A program made the translations under genes and the position numbers. The notes under the pieces were generated by a model. That model did no database searches. It was not told the DNA's origin and saw only the letters and a program-made list of their open reading frames with translations. Shown in pieces: positions 34,880-47,229 of a stretch of 64,000 bases of DNA (the stretch's first letter is position 1; every line of letters starts with the position of its first letter). The stretch comes from Mobula hypostoma (taxonomy: Eukaryota), in NCBI RefSeq assembly GCF_963921235.1, contig NC_086097.1, forward strand, positions 47,742,001 to 47,806,000, in the 5' to 3' direction.

Positions 34880-36510
34880 TAGAACATAAAGCAGTACATG
34901 ACTAGACAAGGTATTCAGCCCATGATGTTATGTAGATCTTGATGCCAATTTATACTAAATGTTTTGCTGTGTATCATCCATATTCCACCATTCATTTTGT
35001 ATTACTGCGTCTCTTAAAAAGCCTCTTAAACGTCACCAAGCTTCCCGTTTCCACTATTACTCTGATAACACATTCCAGGTACAAACCATATTCTGCATAT
35101 TTAAACAAAAAACTTGACTTTCACATCACCTTTAAATTCCCAACCACAGCTTCTGCCCCAACCTTAAAAGTATATCTTCTGGTGTTCAACTTTTCTATCT
35201 CTGTCTTTCATAATTTTAGATACCTCGATCGGTGTCCCCCTCTGCCTTTGTCACTCTGGAGAAAATAACCCAAACTTGTCCAACCTTTCCTGAGAACTGA
35301 ACCCTCTAATCCAGGCAGCATCCTGGTAAACTTTTGCACCCTCTCCACAGTCTCCATCCGATACTGGGGTGACCAGAATTGCAAGCAATATGCTAGGTGC
35401 CATCTGACTAAAGTTTTGTAGAGCTGTAGCATGAATTCCTTGCTCTTATACTGAACACCCCTACCAAAGAAGGCAAGCAAGTTTTACACTTTCTTTACCA
35501 CCTTATCCACTCATGTAGCCATCTTCAGTGAATTATTGATCTGCACCCTAACATCCCTCTGTACCTCAAATCTATTAAAGAGTCTACTGTTAATTGTATG
35601 CTCTCTCCTTTCATTTGATATCCCATAGCACCAACTCTCATACTTACCAAGATGAAATTCCGCTCGCCTTTTCTCTCTGCATATCTGTAACTGATCTATA
35701 TCCTGCTGTATTCTGTGATGGCCCTTCGTTCCAAAGCTCCACCAGTTTTGGTGTCATTCAGAAACTTAATAATCCGCATGTCTACAGTTTCATGCAGGTC
35801 ATAGAAACATAGAAAACCTACAGCACCATACAGGCCCTTTGGCCCACAAAGTTGTGCTGAACATGTCCCTACTTTAGAGATTGCTAGGGTTACCCATAGT
35901 CCTCTATTTTTCTGAGCTCCATGTACCTATCCAAAAGTCTCTTAAAAGACCCTATCGTATCTGCGTCCACCACCATTGCTGGCAGCCCATTCCACACACT
36001 CACTACTCTCTGTGTAAAGAAGCTTACCCCTGACAACTCCTTTGTACCTACTCCCAAGCACCTTAAACCTGTGCCCTTTCGTGGCAGCCATTTCAGCCCT
36101 GGGAAGAAGCCTCTGACTATCCACATGATCAATGCCTCTCATCATCTTATACACCTGTATCAGGTCACCTCTCATCCTCCATCGCTCCAAGGAGAAAAGG
36201 CCAAGTTTACTCAACCTATTCTCATAAGGCATGCTCCCCAATCCAGGCAACATCCTTGTAAATCTCCTTTGCACCCTTTCTATGGTTTCCACATCCTTCC
36301 TGTATTGAGTCATTGATGAATATCACAAACAACTGCTGTCCCAGCACCAAATCTTGTGGAACACCACTAGTTATAATAACCAGAATAATCCTTATTCTCT
36401 TCTATGGCAAAGCAGTTCCAAATCCAAATATGCAATTCGACTGGATTCCATGCATCTCTGTCCTCAGTATCAATCTACCATGAGGGATCTTACCAAATGG
36501 CTGTTTTAAT
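34880..36510 (-). mobile_element. Degraded CR1 3' part with a younger CR1 3' fragment nested at about 35801-36308
   Basis: LQLYKTLVRWHLAYCLQFWSPQY; nested copy IERVQRRFTRMLPG with atagaaacatagaa tail; GTCAT at both junctions. Confidence 0.8.
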
Positions 36511-36729
36511 GTTGTTAATTACTATAATTGAAGCACCTTTGGCTGTTAACATATGAAGTATTTTATTGAAATACCAGAATAGTTTGCATATTTCCATCAA
36601 TTCCTCATTTTGCTATTTTACACAGAAAAATGAAATATGAAATGATGTAAAAGTAATAGGTTGTCTTAATGTATGTTCTGTCTCACACTGGTCATTCTTC
36701 ATCATTCTCTTCATCTCTATTGTCTTAAG

Positions 36730-36784
36730 GTTTGGCAGAAATAAATTACATGTACATGGCCCTGATGTCAATGGTTCAAAGGAG
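36730..36784 (+). CDS. TDRD9: TDRD9 exon: GLAEINYMYMALMSMVQRR
   Basis: aag/gtaggc; phases 1 and 2 fit. Confidence 0.9.
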
Positions 36785-37204
36785 GTAGGCAGTTATTTCT
36801 ACATATTGTCTATCAGGAAAGAAAACCCTCTTATAAATTCAGCATCAAGACTCAAACACTTGTTGCTTGCTCAACAACTGTATTCTGTAAAGTTTAGAAG
36901 AACCTTTAGGGTTGCCTGCTTTAGAGGCTGTATGGAAAAATGCAGGTATTTGTAAACATTATGATGCTAATGGCATGATTTTCTGTTATGTTCCATTCTT
37001 TGTAGGCAACAGAGACAATCTAGTAATGGGGAAACATGACAGCATTTTAAATTTATTTTTGAACATTGCTCTTGTGGTCACTAAAATGGCTTATTGCTGT
37101 AGTGATCTCCTAGAATGTTTTTGCACAATCAATTTGGGAAAGTAAGTTACTGAGCCCTACTGCACAGAAGGCTATTGTTTGGTGTTTTTTTTTGTGTGCC
37201 CTTG

Positions 37205-40200
37205 CTGGGTCATAGTCATAGAACAATACAGGCCCTTTGGTGCATCTAGTCTGTGCTGCACACTTATGCTGCCTAATCCTATCAACCTGCACCCCAACTG
37301 TAGCCCTCTATACCCCTCTCATCCATGTACCTATCTGAATTTCTCTTAAATGTAGAAATCAAACCCAAATCCATCGGTTCCTGGCAGCTTGTTCCACATG
37401 CTCACCAACCTCTCAGTGAAGAGGTTCCTCCTAACATTCGCCATAAACATTTCACCTCCACCCTTAACCTATGAAATCCTAGTTCTAGTTCATTCAATCT
37501 CAGTAGAGAAAACAGCTGCTTGCATTTATCCTATCTGCTGTATATCATTCATAATTTTATATACCTCTATCAAATCTCCCCTCATTCTTCTACAGTCCAG
37601 GGAATCAAGTTATAACCTATTCAACCTTTCCTTGTAACTCAAGTTCTCAAGTGCGGCAGTATCCTGGTAAATTTGCTCTGCACTCATTCAATCTTATTGG
37701 CATCTTTCCTGTGCTCCATGGTTCAGATCAAAGGGCTCATTTTGGTTCAGAATGGTGTTGCTTCTATTGTTTCCATGATTTAAGGGTTTTCCCCCCTTTT
37801 GTCTGTGCAAAGGATATCGGTCTTTATTTTGTTTTTTTTAAATTGGGTTCTTTTGGGTTTCTTGCTTTGGCTGTCTGCAAGCAAACAAACATCAAGGTTG
37901 TATAATTTATACATTCTTTAGCAATGTACTTTGAACTTGACCAGAACTGCACACAATACTCCAAGTTGGGGCTCATCAATGTCTTGTGTATAACTTCAAC
38001 GTACCATCCCAACTCCTGTATTCAGTACTGTACTTTATAAAGGCCAATGTGCCAAATGCTGTTTATGATCCAATTTGCATTTGACACCACTCTCAAGGAA
38101 CCGTGGGTTTGTACTCCCAGATCGTTCTGTTCTACTGCACTCCTCAGTGCCCTAACTCTCATTGTGCAAGTGTTACCCTGGTTTGTCCTCCCAAAGTGCA
38201 ACATATCTCACTTAACTGTATTAAATTCCATCTGCCATTTTTCAACCCATTTTTCCAGCTGGTCCAGATCCCGCTGCAAGATTTGATAGCCACCTTTGCT
38301 GTCTGCTACACCCTTAATCTTGGTGTCATCCACAACTGTGCTGATCCAGTTTACTACTTTGATGAACAACAAAATGGACCCAGCATTCCTACTCCACTAG
38401 TCAAAAGCCACCAGTCAGAGAGGCAGTCATCTACTACCACTCTTTGGCTTCTCTAGCGACGCTAATGTCTGGTTCAGTTTACTACCTCATCCTGAATGCC
38501 AAGCAACTTAACCTCGTTTAACACCCTTCCATGCAAGACCTTTTCAAAAGTCTTGCTAAAGTCCACATAGACAATATCCACTGCCTTCATCAATTTTTCA
38601 GGTAACTTCCTCGAAAAACTCGAGACACAACCTACCACACACAAAGTCGTGTTGACTATTCCTAGTTGGTTTTTGTCTATCCAAATACTTCTGTATCAGG
38701 TCTTCCAATAACTCACCCAGTACTGACATCAGGCTCACTGGCAGATTATTTCGTGACTTATTCTTAGAGTCTTTCTTAATTAACAAAACAACTTTAGGTA
38801 TCCTCCAATCCTCCGGCACCTCACCCATGACTAAAGACATTTTAATTACCTCTGCTAGCCCCCTTGTAATTTCTCCACTAGCCTCCCACAGTGAGGGAAC
38901 ATCTTGTCAGGCCCTGGGAATTTATCCATCCTAATTTGTCTCAAGTCAGCAAGCACCTCTTCCTCTGTTATCTATATATGGGCTATGACCTCACTGCTGT
39001 TTGGTCTCAGTTGCATATACTGTATCTGTTTCCTGAGTAAATACAGGTGCAAAAAATTCATTTAAGATGTTCCCCATCACTTTCAGCTCCATACATAGAT
39101 CACCACTTTAATCTTAAAGCAGTTTAATTTTGTCCCTTGCTATCCTTTTGCTCTTAATTTTTCTGTAGAAGCCTCTGAGATTCTCCTCTAAGCTTATGCC
39201 TTCTTTTAACCTTCTTGATTTAGTTACCTTGTATTTCTTGTACTCCTCAAGTAAATTATTTGCTCCTTCCTGCTTGCACCTCCTTCTATTTCTTAACCAG
39301 TGCCTCAGTATCTTTCAAAAGCCACAGTTCTCTAAATATGTTGTCTTGCCTTTTATTCTGACAAATACATACAAACTCTATGCTCTCAGAATTTCACTTT
39401 TGATGGCCTCCCACTTACCAACCACACCTGTGCCAAAAACAACCTGTCCAAATCCTCATTTCTGTTAACATCTAAATTGTCCTTTCTCCAGTTTAGAATC
39501 TCAACTTAAGGACCAGACCTATCCTTCTCCATAATTATCTTGAAGCTTATGGCATTATGATCACTAGATCCAAAGCATTTCCCTACATATTCTTCTGTCA
39601 CCTGCCCTGTCTAATTCCCCAATAGATCCAGTATCACACTCTCTCTAGTTGCTGTCTCTGTATATTAAGGAAACTTTGCAGAACACATTTGACAAAACTC
39701 TATGCCATACAGCCCTTTTACAGTATCTAAGTCCCAATCAATGTGTGGAAAGTCACAATTACCTACTTTCCGAACTTTTTTTTTTGAACTGTCTACGTTG
39801 TCCTTTGCTCCTTTAAATTATTCTGACTATTGGGTGGTATATAATATAATCCCATTAACGTGGACATCCCTTTCTTATTCCTTATTTTCACTATATAGCC
39901 TCAGTAGACGAGTTCTCCAGTCTGTCCTGTCTGAGCTCCGCCATTTGTTTTTCCCTGACTAGTAATGCCATGTTCCCCTTTTAATCCCTCCTGCTCTATC
40001 ATGTCTAAAGCATGGTACATTGAGCTGCTAGTCCTGCCCCTCCTGCAATCAAGTCTCTCTAATAGCTACAATGTCATAATTCACACATTGATCCATGTTC
40101 TAAGCTCATTTGCTTTTTCTACAATACTTACACTGAAGTACACCTAATTTAGAACATGATTTCCACCATATTCAACCTCTCAATTCCTTTCTTTCTCTAC

Positions 40201-40395
40201 CCACTTATCAATATCTTTTCCCACAACCACTCCACTATCTGCTCTAGCACTCTGGTTCCCATCCCTCTGCAACTCTAATTTAAACTATCCAGTGTAGCAT
40301 TAGTGAACCTTCCTGCAAGGATATTACTCCCCTTCCAGTTCAGGTGCAAATGGTCACATCTGTACAGGTCCCACCTTCCTAATGATCCAAAGACA
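37205..40395 (-). mobile_element. Degraded CR1 ORF2 and 3' tail, with a short + strand LINE tail inserted at about 37710-37938
   Basis: PNLEYCVQFWS, GEVPEDWRIPKV, EN remnants; colinear with the CR1 at 13081-18449. Confidence 0.8.
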
Positions 40396-41221
40396 TTAAA
40401 CAAATGTCAAATTGATTTCGATTGTCAGTTATTTGGTGTAAGACGAGACAAATTTCATAGATGTAAATTTTTTTCTGAAAGTTATTTCCTGTTAGAGTTT
40501 TTACTTTACTCTTTAAAGCATGTTTTGAGTAAAATATGATTAAGGAATTTTCTTATTCCTTTTATTGTCCTGTTAAAATTTGCCAGAGTGTGATAATTTA
40601 GTGTTGTTTCTGTATTATAATTTAGTAGTGTTCTGTAGATGGCACTCTAATAGAAGTTTTAAATAATAACAATGTTTGTATTTAAAGCAGTAGCAACTAT
40701 TCATCTACAAATTTATTTTTAAACATACTATATACAGAACACACTGACAGTTAAATAGTTGGAAATCCAATTTGCAAAGAGCTAAATTTATTCTCATGCA
40801 TTGAAAATACCTTATTAAATTCATAAATTTTCAGCTTGGTGTGAATCCCTTTGGCATTTTACTTCTGCTAGTTTCACAGGAGTCAATTTTATCAGTTACT
40901 CATTACCATAATCATTTACAGAATTCACAAACTAATTTAAATATTGTGAAAATTTGTCAGGTTTTTTTCCCCAACACTTCAAGACCAGCTGGACTTGCAC
41001 TTAGCTGTAAATTATATTCCTAGTATTTGCTTCAACCTGATAAAATAGTTAGGCTTTATAGCAAAATTTTATATAGGCAAAGTAAAACTGCAGAATTCCC
41101 AAGAACTTGGACTGCTAATTTGCCTTAGAAGTGTACCTACGACAATAAAGAACATAAAATTTTCTTAAGATGCATTCTTTTTCTTGTAAAAGCTGTCAAA
41201 AGTACGATTTTCTGATTATAG

Positions 41222-41306
41222 GCTACATGTATATCCGCTACACTCAAGTGTGACCTTTGAAGAACAAAGTAATGTATTCCTAACCCCTGTACCGGGCTAT
41301 AGAAAG
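41222..41306 (+). CDS. TDRD9: TDRD9 exon: LHVYPLHSSVTFEEQSNVFLTPVPGYRK
   Basis: tag/gtgaga; PLHS motif IVa. Confidence 0.95.
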
Positions 41307-41588
41307 GTGAGAGTGCCAATGTGCTTTGTGAAATTTGCAACAAGAAAATATTATCAGAAAATTCTATTAAAATAACATTTGTCTTTATGACTAACTGAAC
41401 TTTAAGCTATTATTTGTTCATCTTGATAGGTTTTTACTTTGCTAGTAGTGTGCTGTTTATTGGTTTCCTTTTGTAAATTGCCTTATTGTCTGGATTTATT
41501 CTGCTATAAGATTGTTGTAGAAATGGTGAATTTCTGATTTGTATATATTTTGCATTGAATCATTATTCAATTCTTCTTTTCAAAACAG

Positions 41589-41646
41589 ATTATTTTGTCA
41601 ACATGTATTGCTGAAAGCTCCGTCACAGTTCCAGATGTTAAATACG
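41589..41646 (+). CDS. TDRD9: TDRD9 exon: IILSTCIAESSVTVPDVKY
   Basis: cag/gtaggg; motif V. Confidence 0.95.
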
Positions 41647-42505
41647 GTAGGGCTTCATTATGTCTTGATCATTATGGAACTTTGCTAGCTATGACTAAAT
41701 TTTGAATCATTAGAAAATAAGGGGATCTTCACTTCTAATATAGATAAGGCACAGTTTTTTTCTTAGTATATTGAGTCTTTGGGGCTCTCTTCTTCAAGGA
41801 ATGGCAGAAGCATTCCATTGAATATTTGTAAGGTAGAAGTTGATAGATTCCTGATGGGCAAGAGAATGAAAGATTACTGTATGTAGAAAAGAATGTGGAG
41901 ATGAGCTTGGGAATGGATCTGCTGTGATCCCATTCAAATGGTAGAGCATTCTCTGAGTACAAGTAATATATTCCTATTCCAAATTGTGTACGTTCATATA
42001 TGACAGTTCTTAATTTAAATTTCAAAACTGTTAGAAGGACATATACTTAGATTTCATAGTTTGCCAGTGAACAAAAAGCCCATTGTTCCCATGCCAGCCA
42101 AAAATAAGGCAAGTCTGTCCTACATCGCCTTTCTGTCCTTGGGCTTGTGACTTAGAAAGATGTGATAACCTAGGAAGTAGAACCAGGAATAGGCCATTCA
42201 GTGTGATCATGCAGGTTTTTCAAATATGTACCCTGTTCCTGCTTCGAAACCATAATTCTTGATCCCTCTAGAAAGAATGCTAACACCACCATCAAGAATG
42301 CCTACCATGCTATTCCACGCCCTCACTTTGGAAAGTCTAATCACCTGGCTGTACTTCTACTCTCTGAGTAAAGACAGAGATTAAGACTGCAGCACCAGTA
42401 TTGAGGACCAAGAAAGTATGGACAAGGGACACACAGCAGCACTTACAGGATTGCTTTGAATTGGTGGGCTGGACTGTATTCAGGGATTCATCTTCAAATC
42501 TAGAT

Positions 42506-43552
42506 TTGACAGGGGACTGTCTTGTCTCCCTTTCTCTTCACCATTTACACCTCGGACTTCAACTACTGCACAGAGTCTTGTCATCTTCAGAAGTTTTCGG
42601 ATGACTCTGCCATAGTTGGATGCATCAGCAAGGGAGATGAAGTTGAGTACAGGGCTGCGGTAGAAAACTTTGTCACATGTTGTGAACAGAATTATCTGCA
42701 GCTTTATGTGAAAAAGACTAAGGAGCTGGTGGTAGACCTGAGGAGCGCTAAGGTACCAGTGACCCCTGTTTCCATCCAGGGGGTCAGTGTGGACGTGGTG
42801 GAGGATTACAAGTACCTGGGGATACGAATTAACAATAAACTGGACTGGTCAGAGAACACTGAGGCTGTCTACAAGAAGAGTCAGAGCCGTCTCTACTTCC
42901 TGAGGAGACTGAGGTCCTTTAACATCTGCCGGATGATGCTGAGGATGTTCTACGAGTCTGTGGTGGCCAGTGCTATCATGTTTGTGTTATCATGTTTGCT
43001 GTTGTGTGCTGGGGCAGCAGGCTGAGGGTAGCAGACACCAACAGAATCAACAAACTCATTCGTAAGGCCAGTGATGTTGTGGGGATAGAACTGGACTCTC
43101 TCACGGTGGTGTCTGAAAAGAGGATGCTGTCTAAGTTGCATGCCATCTTGGTCAATGTCTCCCATCCACTACATAATGTACTGGTTGGGCACAGGAGTAC
43201 ATTTAGCCAGAGACTCATTCCTCCGAGATGCAGCACAGAGCGTCATAGGAAGTCATTCCTGCCTGTGGCCATCAAACTTTACAACTCCTCCCTTGGAGGG
43301 TCAGACACCCTGAGCCAATAGGCTGGTTCTGGACTTATTTCATAATTTACTGGCATAATTTACATATTACTATTTAACTACTTATTACTGTTTTCTACTA
43401 CTATTCTATTACTATTCATTATTTCTATGACTATTACTTTTTACTATTTACTAATGGTAATGTTACTATTACTATTTCTATTACCATTTATTATTTATGG
43501 TGCAACTGTAACAAAAACCAATTTCCCCCGGGATCAATAAAGTATAACTATG
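42506..43552 (+). mobile_element. Younger Rex1/Babar-clade LINE 3' fragment
   Basis: GTVLSPFLFTIYTSDF...KFSDDSAIVG...YKYLG...RLYFLRRLRSF; tail cccgggatcaataaagt; (TAC/TAT)-rich low-complexity 3' UTR. Confidence 0.85.
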
Positions 43553-44258
43553 AGATGAGCATGCACACCTGTTACCAACTTCATTAAAACCTGTGTGGAT
43601 GAGTATGTGTCTACGAACACTTGCTGTACATTCCCAAACCAAAAGTCATGGATGAACCAGGAGATATGTAATCTGCTGAGGGCTAAATTTGTTACATTTG
43701 AGTCTAGTGACCCAGGTCTGTACAAGAAAACGAAGTATGACTTGCAGAGGGCCAAACCCGAGCAAGACTGAAGGCAACATCGGATGCATGTCAACTCTGG
43801 CAGGGTTTGCAGGACATTACTTTCTACAAAGCAAACCCAATAGTCAGGATGCTGTTCATTGACTACAGCTCAGTGTTTAACACCATCATTCCCACAGTCC
43901 TGATTAATCGGCTACAGAACTTGGGCCTCTGTACCTCTCTCTGCAATTGGATCCTTGTCCTGCTAACCTGTGCAGATTGGTGATAACATCTCCTTGCTGA
44001 TGATCAACACTAGCTTAGCCCACTGCTCTACTCTCTCTACACCCATGACTGTGTGGCTAGGCATAGCTCAAATGCCATCTATAAATTTACTGAGATTTAA
44101 CCATTGTTGGTAGAATCGCGGATGGAGATGAGAGGGTGTACCAGCTAAATGAGTGGAGTCGCAGCAACAACCTTGCTGTCAACATCAGTAAGACCAAAGA
44201 GCTGATTGTGGGCTTCAGGAAGTGTAAGATGAAGGAACGCGAACCAATCCTCAGGAGG

Positions 44259-44742
44259 TCCAGAATCAGGTTTATTATCACCGGCATGTGTCGTGAAATT
44301 TGTTAACTTAGCAGCAGCAGTTCAATGCAATACATAATACAGAAGGGGGGAAAAAAAATCACTAAATCAATTATGGTATATGTATATTGAATAGATTAAA
44401 AATTGTGCAAAAATACAAATAATATATACTAAATTGTGAGGTAGTGTTCATGAGTTCAATATCCATTTAGGAATCGGATGGCAGAGGGGAAGAAGCTGCT
44501 CCTGAATCCCTGAGTGTGTGCCTTAGGCTTCTGTATACCTGATAGTAACAGTGAGAAAAGGGCATGCCCTGGGTGCTAGTGGTCCTTAATAATGGACGCT
44601 GCCTTTCTGAGACATCGCTCCTTGAAGATGTCCTGGTACTTTGTAGGACGCGACAAGATAGAGCTGACTAAATTTACAACCCTCTGCAGCTTTTTTCGGT
44701 TCTGTGCAGTAGCCTCCTCCATACCAGACAGTGATGCAGCCT
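44259..44742 (-). mobile_element. Rex1-like LINE 3' fragment inserted antisense
   Basis: Begins with reverse complement of the tail gataataaacctgattctg; TCAGAA-like sequence at both junctions. Confidence 0.75.
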
Positions 44743-46549
44743 GTCAGAAGTGGAGAGAGAGAGAGAGCAACTTTAAGTTCTTGGGTGTCAAGATCTCTGA
44801 GGATCTAACCTGGTCCTAACATATCAATGCAGCAATAAAGGAGGCAAGACAGTGACTATTTTTCATTAAGAGTTTGAGGAGATTTGGTTTGTCACCTAAA
44901 ACACTTGAAAACTTCTATAGCTGTATGGTGGAGAGTGTCCTGACAGGCTGCATCACTGTCTGGTATGGGGAGGGCTACTGCACAGGATCAAAAGAAGGCA
45001 CAGAAAGTTGTAAAATTAGGCAGCTCCATCTTGGGTGCTGGCCTCCGTAGTATCCAAGACATCTTCAAGGAGCTGTGCCTTAGAAAGGTGGTCCATTATT
45101 AAGAACCCCCATCACCCAGGGCTTCTCATTGTTACCGTCATGAAGGAGGTGCAGAAGCCTGAAAGTACACACTCAGCAATTCAAAAACCGCTTTTTCCTC
45201 TCTGCCATACAATTCCTAAATGGACATTGAACTCATGAACACTACCTCACTTCTTTATTTTTTAATATATATAATTTCTGCTTTTGCACTATTTTTAATC
45301 TATTCAATATACATATACTTTAATTGATTTACTTATTTATCTAAGTTAACAAATTTCATGACACATTCAGATCTGTCAGGAGGAAAGAAGCGTCAGTATT
45401 TTGACCTGAAACATTGAAAATTCTCCACCCCATCCTACTTTGCTTGACCTGCAGATTCATCCCACAGATAGTCTTTTGCTCCAGATTCCAGCTTCTGTAG
45501 TCTCTTGTGTCTCCAAATCTGGTTCAGATTTATATCTTACTTATCAGAACTCAGACCATTTATCGAGTAGCAGGTGATCCAAGCACATTAGTATGGTTTC
45601 ATACAATTTGAGGGTACCTTGGAATACTTGAAAGCACACCACATTAATATGTCAGAAGATTTCAATCTCAGGACTGAGAAGAGTGAAGATGGAAGTATCT
45701 TTTGTAGTATATAGTTTCAACAATTTTTTCTGTAGTTCTGAACTTCCAGCATTTCAAAGTAGGAACTGCAGTCTTTGCTTCCATCAAGAATCCAAATTGT
45801 CATGCAGATTTAAGAAGCAAAAATTACACTTACTATTTTATTTATAGAGAATTTATCTTTAAAGACCAAGGTTATATTTGATATTTTTGGGGAGGGGTCT
45901 CTTCTCATGTAAAATCTTCTCAAATTCATTTTGTTTGATTTTTCATAAACTTGATTGAATGGGAGGTGTTTCAGATGTATACAAATTTGAGCGTGGGACA
46001 CATCTGGATAGGTGTGTAAGGATTTTTTCAGGTTATTGTATCCTTCACTTTCTTATGACTGGTTTCACTTACATTGAAGCATCATCTATGAGTTGTCTTT
46101 GGACTTGAATGCAGCATCTATGTTAGATAGGCCAGCAAGACAATTATCTCTGTGTTTCTGCAGTTTGCTGTGGCTTTCTGCAAAGAGAAAAACATAAGTG
46201 TATGATATTGCTAAAAAAGTAAGAAAAAACTCAGCTAAATTACTTGTCCAAGAGTCTGTTTGAATCTTGTTAATTCTTGTATGATCCAGTAGAGTGTTAC
46301 AGCAGGTTTAAGTCATAACTACATATCTTCATTTTCAATTCAAGCTGCCCATATATGCAAAAAGTCATTAAAATACTAGCTAGTCTTTAAAATACTAGTT
46401 GTACTAGTGCAGTTTTGATTGGGATATTTCTTAAAATACCCTCATTAATTTGATTTTGAAACATTAATGATGTATTTCTATCTGACAATCAGTTTGCTAA
46501 AAGTAACAAATACTATTTCTTGTGTTTATATTTTTCCATTGATGGCTAG

Positions 46550-46654
46550 TGATAGATTTTTGTTTAACTCGGATTCTGGTTTGTGATGAAGACACAAACT
46601 ACCAAAGCCTTCGCTTAAGCTGGGCATCAAAGATGAGTTGTAATCAGAGGAAAG
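46550..46654 (+). CDS. TDRD9: TDRD9 exon: VIDFCLTRILVCDEDTNYQSLRLSWASKMSCNQRKG
   Basis: tag/gtaaga; leads into motif VI. Confidence 0.95.
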
Positions 46655-47229
46655 GTAAGAAATGGTGCAGAATGCATTTATTGAATAGCAACACACAAAA
46701 ATGCTGGAAAAACTGAGCAGGCCAGGCAGCATTTATAGAAAAAGATGAACAGTCAACATTTCGGGCCAAATATATTGACCAGAAACTTGACTGAACTAGC
46801 TGGAAAAATGTTAAAGCTATGTGCTGGTCAGCAGCTAGCAAACTGCAGGAAATGACTTGCATCCTGACTCCTGAAGCACTTCCACAATTTGCAGGACATT
46901 TTAAGAAATTTTCTCCATGTGGTTGCATGAGTACAGCTGGACAATTAGTTCACTTGATTGATGGCAAATCCACATCTCCAAATGTTCAATCTATCCATCC
47001 TCACACCAGTGTTACTGTATGTATTATTTATGAAATGTACAATAGCTACTGACTGAGACTATTTCTATAGCACCTTCCAGAACCATGATCTTTGCCACCA
47101 AGAAACACAATGGCCTTGTGCATGGGACAATCCCACCTGAAGCTTTTCCTTAAAATATCACACCTCCACTTGAAAGTATTTCTTTATTGACATTTGGTCT
47201 AAAATCCCTTTACAACAACGCAGAAGGAA

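Larger units (their letters stand above)
42275..45370 (+). mobile_element. Internally deleted Rex1/Babar LINE (same family as 18450-21760) with two nested LINE 3' fragments
   Basis: Colinear blocks caccatcaagaatgcctac, ccaaaagtcatggatgaaccaggag, gactacagctcag; interrupted at about 42506 and 44259. Confidence 0.8.

Noticed and set aside
40835..41023. Possible exon after tttcag (ORF 40841-41023)
   Set aside because: No TDRD9 similarity; exons 36730-36784 and 41222-41306 already join in frame
43335..43500. (TAC/TAT)-rich repeat array
   Set aside because: Low-complexity expansion in a LINE 3' UTR; no repeat-spacer structure, not CRISPR-like
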